Virus record (IMG/VR): IMGVR_UViG_3300031555_007106
Origin: a virus
Taxonomy: Duplodnaviria > Heunggongvirae > Uroviricota > Caudoviricetes
Strand: one strand, 5' to 3'
Length of the DNA stretch: 58,548 bases
In this document: positions 20,546 through 30,135 of the stretch, piece after piece
Layout of the letters: each line of letters starts with the position of its first letter
Position numbering within the stretch: position 1 is the first letter of the stretch
Position numbers and translations under genes: made by a program
The notes under the pieces: model-generated
What the model was told of the DNA's origin: nothing
Seen by the model: the letters and a program-made list of their open reading frames with translations, nothing else
Databases searched by the model: none

Positions 20546-21898
20546 TTAATCTTCGTTGTTTCCACTTGATTTCAAAAGTTCGTCAATATCCTTAATAAGA
20601 AGAGCCGGAAGAACATCCTTATCCGCATCAAAAACATGACCGCAAGAAGAACATTCATATGTCACAACATCTTCTTCTGTATGTCTTTCACAAGTTGCCG
20701 TCATACACTGAGAGCACCATTTTCTCAGGCCTTTGTATCCAACTTTAATGACCTTGATTCCGTGTTCCTTTGCCTTATATTCGATTTTCTGAGTTAAGTC
20801 AAAGTAAGACCAATCCTTTAAGTAAACATTCTTCTGAAGTTCAGATGACGCAAGTCCGGTTAAATCCTCAAGCTGAATAGTTCCGCAATTATTCTTGATA
20901 GCCCATTCAATGATAGCTCTTGAGTATCTGTGATTGACCGTATTTCTAAAATTCGTAACAGCTTCACTTATATGATTGCGAGCTGACATCTTTCTCTTGA
21001 ACCCTCTTCCAAGTCTTCCGTCCCCGCATAAGGGTGAATCCTTGTAAGCAGCTTGTCCTATGTTAGCACGTCTGGTCTCAATTCTATCACTGAATCTCTT
21101 GATTTCCTTCCCTTCAATTGTCATTACACGAGAAGAATTGCTGAATGCAGCCATAACAGCATTGTGTTCACCGATATGTACGCCCATAATATTTTCTGCA
21201 TCAAGCTCTGTATTAACATCCTTAGTGAATGTATAAGAAAGAAGAAGATACCACTTGCCATCTTCATATACAAGCTTACTTCCGGAAATCTTGTATTCTT
21301 TATCATAACATCTTTCAAGAATTGTCCATACCGAGTTTTTCGCCTTTGCCGGAGCGACCATTATAAACTTAAGACGGGTATCCTTGAGATTATACTTCTG
21401 CATTCCCTTTCTGGATAACAAAGAAAGAGTAACATACCAATCCTTGATACCACCGTTCGGCTCTTTATCAAAACTAATGGCAATGGATTTATTGTGAAGT
21501 TCCATAGGCATTCCTCTTCTGTAGGAAGGAATCGACATATCTCCTCTCAACATATCCTTTTCTCTTTTCTTGAATGTGTTCATTACATTCTGGATTACTG
21601 AACCGAGATTTCGTGTACTCTGAAGGCAGAATTCACCGCTCATTTCCCTATAAAGCAAGCTCTGAAGATTTGTACTGCTTCCGGTCATTTCTTTGATTTC
21701 ATCCTTTGTTTTAGGGTAATCGCCGTGTGTTTCCTTCCACTTAGCCTTAGCTCCATCATACTCCCAGATTAACTGAACTGCACGATTAGCGGCGTTTCGG
21801 GTTTCGTTCTGCAAATCCCATAACATTCGATTCAATTCCTTGAATTCGATGATGTCATCATTCACAGAGATTAACTTCAATTTTACTACTTTTGTCAT
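20546..21898 (-). CDS. cas12f: Cas12f/TnpB-family RNA-guided protein, predicted nuclease-dead (450 aa)
   Basis: Resembles AsCas12f1 as I recall it along its length (LRGDMSIPSYRR, YVTLSLLS, NFRNTVNHRYSR, CGTIQLEDL, DLTQKIEYKAKEHGIKV, CxxC..CxxC). RuvC-I reads MGVHIG instead of GxDxG. Start at 21898 behind AGGAGG. Confidence 0.88.
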   Translation of the reverse strand: MTKVVKLKLISVNDDIIEFKELNRMLWDLQNETRNAANRAVQLIWEYDGAKAKWKETHGDYPKTKDEIKEMTGSSTNLQSLLYREMSGEFCLQSTRNLGSVIQNVMNTFKKREKDMLRGDMSIPSYRRGMPMELHNKSIAISFDKEPNGGIKDWYVTLSLLSRKGMQKYNLKDTRLKFIMVAPAKAKNSVWTILERCYDKEYKISGSKLVYEDGKWYLLLSYTFTKDVNTELDAENIMGVHIGEHNAVMAAFSNSSRVMTIEGKEIKRFSDRIETRRANIGQAAYKDSPLCGDGRLGRGFKRKMSARNHISEAVTNFRNTVNHRYSRAIIEWAIKNNCGTIQLEDLTGLASSELQKNVYLKDWSYFDLTQKIEYKAKEHGIKVIKVGYKGLRKWCSQCMTATCERHTEEDVVTYECSSCGHVFDADKDVLPALLIKDIDELLKSSGNNED

Positions 21899-21996
21899 AA
21901 TAGACCTCCTAAATTTAAATTCTATATATAGTATGAAAGAAAAAACGTAAAAAAAATAAACTTTTTTTATTCTCACACACGTATTTTTAAAAAGCG

Positions 21997-22025
21997 TTGA
22001 CTTAAGGAAGATTTTGAGGTATACT
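21997..22025 (+). promoter_or_regulatory. Sigma70-type promoter divergent from cas12f
   Basis: TTGACT-17 bp-TATACT. Confidence 0.7.
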
Positions 22026-22031
22026 ATTATA

Positions 22032-22100
22032 TAGTGATTGCGTTACAGAAACCTGCGAGGCCTGTGACCGGAGGAGAACCTGCGGGGTCTCCCCTTTTTT
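22032..22100 (+). ncRNA. Candidate ~70-nt two-hairpin small RNA
   Basis: Follows the promoter. Stems GTTACAG/CTGTGAC and GGAGA/TCTCC, both capped by CCTGCG(A/G)GG; ends in TTTTTT. Confidence 0.5.
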
Positions 22101-22109
22101 ATAAAAAAA

Positions 22110-22141
22110 AGAAAAAGAGCCCACGCGAGGCTCTTTTTTTA
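22110..22141. terminator. Bidirectional intrinsic terminator
   Basis: AAAAAGAGCC-CACGCGA-GGCTCTTTTTTT. Confidence 0.75.
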
Positions 22142-22159
22142 TCTTTTGTTATCACAGTT

Positions 22160-25100
22160 TTATTCTTCAGTGTATTCTTCGGGGGTTCCGTAAGAATCTC
22201 CATAATGTCGGAAGTCACTTTCTTCGTACACAGCTTCGATGGAAATCACTGAAACTTTTTTTCCAAAGTTATCTTTACAGTAATTTTCCCACAGTTCCAA
22301 TGCTTCCTTTTTGGTATATGCATTGAATTGAATAGTGCCGAAATCATCAACCTTCTTTTCGTAAGTAATTTCGAATGTAAAAATCTTATTCATTTTATTC
22401 TCCTTTTCATTTTTCTTTATTTCTCGTGCGGTTAACATACCGAATATATTCCAAAAAGTGTTTTCAAGTTCAATTCCAACAAAATCATAACGTGTTCCTT
22501 CGAACTTAATTATACCTCGTTTGAGAATTTCATTTGCATATGCTTTGGCAAAACCTGTAAATTTACCATCTTCATCAAAGAATAACTTATCGATATCGCT
22601 GTCTTTCATTATTTTTTCAATTCTTAAAATGTTTGTTGTTGAACGAATGATGCAATGAGTTCGACCGGCATCAGGATTATATCCTAATCGAGTAATTTCT
22701 TCGTGTGAAAAACCAACAGATTCCATAAATAACACCGTCAAGACTTCATCTTGATGATATTGTTTGTTTACGTTATCAATCATTCTTCTAACGATTTCAT
22801 TAGCACGTCCCTTTGACATTATCATTACTTTTTCTTCCATAATTTTCTTTTCTCCTTACTTTCCGCCGCAAATCTCAGTCATAAACGATAAAGTTTCTGA
22901 TAACAAATCTTCATCCCTGTACTCATGATTTGACTCCTTAGAAACATAACAATGTTCTTCAATTCGCTTAAAAAGCCTTTTGGAAAACTCAGACAAATCT
23001 CCTTCTTCATATAAAAGAAGAGAAACAATTTCTTTCTTCATGTTTTTCTGCAAAAGTCCTTCTATTCTTTTGATGATTTCCATAGGGTCTCCGCATTTAG
23101 GATTATATCCCAGTGCCACCATTTCATCAGGGGTAAAACCGGCATTTTCCATCATTTTAATAACTTTGGTGCTGTCGCCGACACGATTATTTGTTTCATC
23201 GATAAAATTAGAAAGAAGAAGATGTAGTCTTTCAACAGTTTCCTCATATGTTAACATCATACTTCCGTCATTTTTACCTTTAAGAACTATCGGATTTATC
23301 TGATTGGCTTCGGGATTATACAGAAAATCGCAGTCTTCACGATACTTATTGTTTTTAAGTATGTATTCTGCCGCATTATTTTCGTAATGAGAAATAATAT
23401 ATTCTCCATCCAGAGTTGTTCCAATTTCCATAAGGCGGGTGTCAATATCGTCAGCCTTCTTAAGTGGCTTATCATTAATTCGTAAAATCACGTAATTGGC
23501 CTCTATTGACACAACATATTCAAAGAGTTTATGTGCTCTGAAATAGTAGCCTGAAGGGGATGTAGGTTTTGCCCCGATGTTATCTGACCAAAATTCGTTC
23601 CAGCTGTATACTATAGGCTGATTAAACTTGCAAACGACAACCTCAACCGCATCATTTATTTTAGCAGCTGTAAGAAGAGCTGCGTCCATAATATGCTCGG
23701 TAATCTTAGTGGTTATATCCCCATAACCACGAGGCAGAACGGTTTCTTTCTCATTCTGTGTGTTATTTTCATCTGTTTTTAAGTTTTCTGCATCATCGTT
23801 CTTGCCATTAGCACATTTTCCGTTAATACATACAATTACCTTTTTCATAAAAAATTACCTTTCCTTTTTATTGTTGTGTAACACCATAATAGGGGTTTTT
23901 GTTTTTAATGATGATTTGCAACGACATGGCGAATGACCACACGCAACACAAACTCCTTCCTTTAACCGTTTTTCAATCTTTCTGCGATAGTTCGCCGACA
24001 TAGCGAACGAGTTACAGCCAACTGAATAGCAGTAAGGACACATATCCTCTGAAGGATGTCCAGATTTCTTTATTCCGCGAGGTTTTCGCGGCTTTACGAA
24101 TCTCATATTCCCTCCTTAATAACCTACAACCTTAAACTCAAGTCCCATTCGATTCACAAACAGCATTCTTAACGAAACGCCGAGGTCATCAATGAAAACT
24201 CTTGAAATTTTGATGTAATCTTCATCACGAAGCTGCACACCAAAAATAGTGTTAAGGATTTCTCTTTCGGATACAAACCTTCCTTCGAACTGCTGCTTTA
24301 AAGCTTCGTAATCGACAATAGGCATATCCATAGGAGAAACATCATAGCTTTCCCAAAGCACACCATTGATTTTATCCGAAGATTTGCGAGACATTTCAAT
24401 GCCAAGAATGTTCTGCAAAGCTGTCCATTCGTCAAAATCGCATAGGTCATAATTATTATTGATAGTTTCAATAACCTGATAACGACGAGGACAAGAACAG
24501 AACCAGTTAACGACTTCGTTTCTTACATATCTCGGAGAAACATTATGCTTTGCAGCTTCCTGTATCTCTAAAGGAGTAGTTTCGCAGGTGTCAACGTTAA
24601 AATCAGAGGCGGTAACATATGTAATACCTGTTCCCTGATTAAGACAATACTGAACAACCTTGCTTCTTTCAATTGTGTTAGCCATTAATTCTTTTCCTTT
24701 CTTTTACTTATTTCTGTTTCAGCAAACTCAACGATTTCACTTAATCCGTTTGAAGCATAACGAACTGCATCTTCGAGCGTTTCGCAGCGTTTAAGAGCAA
24801 TCGTCATTGTATGATTTGATTCTACATCAGGTAAATGAAGAACACATTCCCAGCGATTTTCAGCTAAAACTGTCAACGTTTGCTGATTGTTGCATAAGTT
24901 GAGCAGTCCTATATCACTGCGTATGTGGGATTTCATCTGCTTGTAAAAATCAGAACCGTTCGGACTTGTAATCATTGATGTCTTTCCTTTGTCAGAGAGA
25001 ATTGCTGTTATATTTCCTATAGCGGATATATCAAATATGTATCCGTTATATTCAATCACTGCAGCTTTTTCTCCGTACCAGATGCTTTTCTGATGCTCTG

Positions 25101-25191
25101 AATCAATAATATCAAGGCTTATCAGCTTACCACCGCGATGCCTGACATAAGTTTCAAGTTCATCAAAAATGATTTCGTTAGAGATAACCAT
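22160..25191 (-). CDS. Module of 5 hypothetical proteins (22160-22840, 22856-23848, 23855-24106 Cys-rich, 24116-24685, 24685-25191)
   Basis: Packed ORFs with RBSs. 24116 is a paralog of 40681. Confidence 0.75.
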
Positions 25192-25317
25192 AACTTTTTC
25201 CTTTCTGTGATAAAATTAATTTCTCCATAACGTCATAAAACAATTACTATTCATAGTATGGTAAAAAAGCCATAAAACAAAAAAGCCCGCCAAAGCGAGC
25301 TTTTGGAATATTGCTAA

Positions 25318-26409
25318 TTATGGTTTGCATTTTCCGCAGGGAGTATAACCCTCGGAGATTGCTTTGTCATAATTATCCGTTATTTTCTTGTTATTTTCAT
25401 TCATTTCTTTTACTGAAGAACAGTCACTTAAATGAATTTTCTTACTTGAAATATTTAATACATATGTAAGAACTTCAGTGGTTTGACTTTTTTCTTCAAC
25501 GGTTTTTGCTGCAGGAACCACATTAAAGTTAATAGTCTTCCCATCACTGCTTGCCACGATAGTGCCTTGCAAATCCGTTCTGTACACTTCTATATTATTC
25601 TTTTCAAGTCTTGTTAGCACTTCGTCAGTAGGATGACCGTATGAATTGCCTAACCCGCAGCTTATTACAGCATATTTCGGTTCAACTTTCTTTAGAAAGT
25701 TTGATGTGGTAGAAGAGTTGGAACCATGATGACCTATTTTAAGCACATCGCACTTTATGTTTGTCCATATTCCGTCTTCTTCCTCTTTTTCCGCATCTCC
25801 CGTAAATAGAAATTTGTTGTCTCCGTAGGTGATTTTAATAACAATTGAGTTGTTATTTTGTTCTTCCTCATCATAAGCCTTAGGCGCGACAACCTCAACT
25901 GATAAATTCCCTGAATTTAAAATTGTATCACCAGCCATAACTGTATGTACGAGTGCATTGCTTTTCTCTACTGCACTTAACATATTTTCGTACACAGATG
26001 TAGTCGCAGACGCTTCAGTCATATAAAATTCGTTTACTTTAAAGGATTCAATAACTTCCGTCAGTCCACCTATATGGTCGCTATGAGCGTGTGTGGCCAC
26101 GACATAATCAATTGTATCATAACCTTGACTAAAAATGTATGTAGCAACGTTTCCGCCTTGGTCAATTTCGCCTGCATCAATTAACATCGTTGAGCCATCA
26201 GGCAATTCTATAAATGTCGAATCACCCTGTCCAACATCAATATAATGAATAACAATATCTGATTTATCATTTTTGACATCATTAACAGTAGTATAGACAT
26301 CGCTTTCTGTTGTACGTATTGTAGTTTCAGATGTTTTGACATCGTTTGTACAACATCCAGAAAACATCATTATCGCAAAGCTTAACATCAAAATCAAGAC
26401 TTTTTTCAT
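25318..26409 (-). CDS. ComEC/Rec2-type metallo-beta-lactamase-fold lipoprotein with a C-terminal Cys/His metal-binding domain
   Basis: Lipobox FSGC; IDVGQGDS, THAHSDHIGG, FTGDAE, KIGHHGS, NSYGHP; C-terminal KIHLSDC...PCGKC. Confidence 0.88.
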   Translation of the reverse strand: MKKVLILMLSFAIMMFSGCCTNDVKTSETTIRTTESDVYTTVNDVKNDKSDIVIHYIDVGQGDSTFIELPDGSTMLIDAGEIDQGGNVATYIFSQGYDTIDYVVATHAHSDHIGGLTEVIESFKVNEFYMTEASATTSVYENMLSAVEKSNALVHTVMAGDTILNSGNLSVEVVAPKAYDEEEQNNNSIVIKITYGDNKFLFTGDAEKEEEDGIWTNIKCDVLKIGHHGSNSSTTSNFLKKVEPKYAVISCGLGNSYGHPTDEVLTRLEKNNIEVYRTDLQGTIVASSDGKTINFNVVPAAKTVEEKSQTTEVLTYVLNISSKKIHLSDCSSVKEMNENNKKITDNYDKAISEGYTPCGKCKP

Positions 26410-26477
26410 TTTATCATTTCCTTTCTTTTTTTTTATTATATCATAACACAACCTGTTGTACAATTAACAGTACTATA

Positions 26478-26505
26478 AAAAAGCCCGCCAAAGCGAGCCT
26501 TTTTT
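26478..26505 (-). terminator. Terminator of the cassette family without the leader part
   Basis: AAAAAAGCCCGCCAAAGCGAGCCTTTTT. Confidence 0.75.
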
Positions 26506-26517
26506 ATACTGTTAATT

Positions 26518-29162
26518 TTATTCAATCTTCTCTATTTCCCTGTAGTTATCTTCGGTTAATAATCCGCAAAAAGCTATGTAACCTTGTTTATTATAAATTT
26601 TACATAAGTTACATTTATACTCTTCGCAAAACTTTTTGTATACCTTAAGAAGTTCCTTTTTGGTGTCACATATTACTCCGAAAGCAACAGCATAAGCAGA
26701 TTGCATTGGTTCATAACATTCAATCCTGTATTTTCCTGTGGTTATGCAAACCTTATATCGTTCATCACATTCGAGACAAATGGCATACATACCGTTTTTG
26801 TCTATTCTATAACCTTTATCAAGGTTCACATATCCGCATGAAGTACACTTCAATCATATCACATCCTTTTCTTTTTTAGTCAAGAGGATTGCCAAATGTT
26901 TTGATGTAAAGGTTTCTGTAAATTTCCAGACATGTAGATTTAAAAAGCCAATTTTCCACTCTAAATTCCGGATATTTCTTTAATGCTTCCGTGCAGATTT
27001 CTCTATTTTTAGGAGTGTCAATATAACAGCCTTTTTCAAGACCATCTATGTCATTAATAAATTTTACTCCATCCTTTTCTGCTTGCCTACAAGCTCCAAA
27101 ATCATCTTTAAAGCCGTAGTCGTGTTCGTTAACCAATTCATCTATACACTCGACTATTTCGGCACCCTCTATGATTATATCGCTGTTATATACAGCGCAT
27201 ACAACGTAACCATTAACAACTTCTTCTTTTGTGTAGTTTCCTTTCTTCATGAGCTTCGTAATTTCTTCTTCATTCATCGGTTTTTCTATATTTTGAGTCT
27301 TTTCATCATTTTGTATAAATTTTGCTGTATGTTCATTTATAGCCTTCTGAATTTCTTCAAATCCAGTCTGTGTTAAATGAGGTATTTCCTTTATTTCAGA
27401 ATAAGTCATTCTGCAAAGGTCACGAAGAGTATTGATACCGGCTCTCTTTAAGCAATTAAAGGTCTTAACCTTAAGGTTGAGAGAATCAATTTCAATAGAT
27501 TTAAGGTAATCATCGAAATCCACATCAGAAATAATCTGAAAAGCGGGCTGATGTTCGATAATATCACAACAGGCCTTTAACACACCCATTCGAACCTCGT
27601 CATCTTTATAAAGTCTGCTCTGCTCTCTCAATTCATCAATGAGCATACCCTTTTCGATAAAATAAGCGGTATCATCCCAAGGCCCGTCTTCACTTTCAAT
27701 GAATTCTGTACACTCATCTTGAACATTTTGATTTACCATAAGACGCTTTATTCGCTCGACCTCATCGTGGCGATTCATCTTTTTGTTAATTTCCATCATC
27801 TGTTTACACAACTGATAGTATTCGCAATATTTACAAGTCATTTTATTCTCCTTTCACCCTTCAAATAAAATCTCAAAAGGATGACGTCCCTTATTTTTTT
27901 CCTTATAAAGATAGGCTCTTATCTTTTCAAGCTGCTTTTGAGCTTCAATACGCTTTTTATCTTCGCCTACCATTCGAGCGTCGAAATAAAGAACATCGTA
28001 ATTGCCGTTTAAAAGAGAGTCTACAATAGTGCGAAAGAAAAAACTGTCAATTTCAGCTTTTCTGAAAACTTCTTTAATATCTCCATATACCCCTACAGCA
28101 TATATTGGTTCTGTGCCGTCAAGAGAGGTTTTGAAGACTTCCGGAGTCTTTTCGTATATACGTATCATTCTTTTCGTTCTGTCAAGCATAATATTCTCCT
28201 TTATTCCTGTTTTATTGCATCGAATGAATGTTCTAAAAGTGTTTCTACAGCAGACTTACTATATCCGGTAAGAGATTTTAAATAATCTTCTAATCCATCA
28301 TAAACTGCGAGTTCGCTTTCGCAGCCAAGGCAGCGCTGAATAGCCTTAATTGCAATTTTCTTCAGCATATCATTCTGCACATACAATTTTTCAATAGAAT
28401 AAATTGGTTTTTCAGGCTTTTCTTTGTTTTCAAACACCGCGATATCGTATTCCTTTTTGCTGAGATACAATGGAAGCTGAGTTTCAGCGTGAACGAGACA
28501 ATACATTTCAGTATCTTTACATCCTTCAAAATAAAACTTTTCTTCCTTCAGAATGAAAATATCGCCATCACAATATAGCAAGCTTCCGTCTTCGTCACGA
28601 CGAAGGTCATAGTATTCACGTTCTCCGTCTTCGTTATAATAGTCGATATAACCGCCATAATGAAGATTTGTTATACCTGCATCATATAATGCTTTAAAGC
28701 TTACTCCAACCTTTCTGTTTTCCATACCATTTTCCTCACTTTCTCTTAACTTTATTGATTCTGATGTCCGTTGGAACAGTTTTGATATGCTTAAACTGTC
28801 TTTTACTTTCGGTTGTGTACGAATTGCTTTTACGTGCAATTGCTGTTGTACAATAACTACATCTCATCATAATTTTATTTTCCTTTCTTAAAGTTTTCGG
28901 CCGAAATCTCACTCAATCGTATAATAGCCGTTTCAATTTCTTCTGTTGTAGGATTAATCCAGCTATCTACGATTTCGTCGGGGGATTCGAGAGATAAAAA
29001 CATTTTACCGTTTTCATTGGTAACAAAAAGAAAACACGCCTTATCTGCATCATCACACACAGTTTTTGCGACAACATCCATTGTTTCAGCAAGACGTTCC
29101 TTTTCTTTTTCGAAATAATCTCTTAACTTTTCTGGTTCAATACAAATCTTAATACCTTTCAT
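26518..29162 (-). CDS. Module of 5 ORFs (26518-26853, 26876-27841, 27854-28189, 28201-~28727, 28875-29162)
   Basis: Packed ORFs with RBSs. Confidence 0.75.
26876..27841 (-). CDS. Mosaic protein containing an RNA polymerase alpha C-terminal-domain-like module
   Basis: IDSLNLKVKTFNCLKRAGINTLRDLCRMTYSEIKEIPHL matches the alpha-CTD pattern (L.lsvRs.NCLKraGI.tv.dL). Confidence 0.75.
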   Translation of the reverse strand: MTCKYCEYYQLCKQMMEINKKMNRHDEVERIKRLMVNQNVQDECTEFIESEDGPWDDTAYFIEKGMLIDELREQSRLYKDDEVRMGVLKACCDIIEHQPAFQIISDVDFDDYLKSIEIDSLNLKVKTFNCLKRAGINTLRDLCRMTYSEIKEIPHLTQTGFEEIQKAINEHTAKFIQNDEKTQNIEKPMNEEEITKLMKKGNYTKEEVVNGYVVCAVYNSDIIIEGAEIVECIDELVNEHDYGFKDDFGACRQAEKDGVKFINDIDGLEKGCYIDTPKNREICTEALKKYPEFRVENWLFKSTCLEIYRNLYIKTFGNPLD

Positions 29163-29294
29163 ATAATTTTCCTTTCATTTTAAAATTAACAATATTCTTT
29201 AAACTCCAAACGTCATAAAAATATTGCTATTAATAGTATGAAAATTTTCTCATAAAACAAAAAGCCCGCCGAAGCGAGCTTTTTTTATTGACTT

Positions 29295-30128
29295 TTATTT
29301 ACGTATTTTCTCTGTGTAAGAAGGACATTCTATTACCTTTCCCTGCTTCATCTTTGCATCTTTTGGATAATACCTGAAGTTTGTCTTCATTTTTTCGCAG
29401 TTAGAGTAGGTTGTCTGGCAATAAAAACAAAGTCCATTTCTTTCGATTTCTTCTTGACGTTTCAGAATAGTCTGTTGCTGTTTTTCCTTCTCATATTTCT
29501 TCATCCGTATTTCTCTTGCAAGTTTAATACAAGTGGGACAATATTTAGAAGGAGTCATTTCTCGCGTCTGAAATTCTTTTCCACAATGTTCGCAATTTAC
29601 ATTCGTTTTTCTGAATTTTTCCGGTTTCCATCCTTCTGCCTTTGCTTGTACATAGCATTCGTTCGAACAAAAGATAGTATCTTTGCCCTCAAATTCCTTC
29701 TTACATTGAGGGCAAATCCTTTTATAACGAGCGGACATTGCTCTTCTTTTATCTCTGTATTTTTCTCTGCAACTATCTGAACAGAATCGAACTCCACCTT
29801 CTCGGTCAATTATAATACCCAACTTATGCAGTTTTATACCACAAAAAGTACAACAAGCATTTTCGATGCGATATTGTTTTCTGCAGTTGTCAGAGCAAAA
29901 ATTCATATCACTGTATGTAAGGAACTCCTTTTTGCAATATCCGCAGCTTTTTGTTTTAGGTTGGTCATACACACCTGCATGTCGGTTTAATATTTTCTGA
30001 GAAATTTCATAATGCTTTCTTGCTTTTTGAGGATTCTTTCCGCAAGACGGACAGTATTTCTGATTGGCGATTCCTTTATAATCATCGCCGCAGATTTCAC
30101 ATACCTTCGTCGTTCTTGTTATAGACAT
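29295..30128 (-). CDS. Cys-rich, basic protein with tandem CxxC zinc-ribbon repeats
   Basis: Repeated CxxC-N10/12-(F/Y)CSxxC units. Confidence 0.75.
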   Translation of the reverse strand: MSITRTTKVCEICGDDYKGIANQKYCPSCGKNPQKARKHYEISQKILNRHAGVYDQPKTKSCGYCKKEFLTYSDMNFCSDNCRKQYRIENACCTFCGIKLHKLGIIIDREGGVRFCSDSCREKYRDKRRAMSARYKRICPQCKKEFEGKDTIFCSNECYVQAKAEGWKPEKFRKTNVNCEHCGKEFQTREMTPSKYCPTCIKLAREIRMKKYEKEKQQQTILKRQEEIERNGLCFYCQTTYSNCEKMKTNFRYYPKDAKMKQGKVIECPSYTEKIRK

Positions 30129-30135
30129 TTCATCC

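Noticed and set aside
20546-21976. Active IS200/IS605/IS607 transposon TnpB
   Set aside because: No tnpA or serine recombinase, no omegaRNA or end hairpins overlapping the 3' end that I could see, RuvC-I is mutated, and it is closer to Cas12f. The track's 21976 start is an upstream extension across the promoter.
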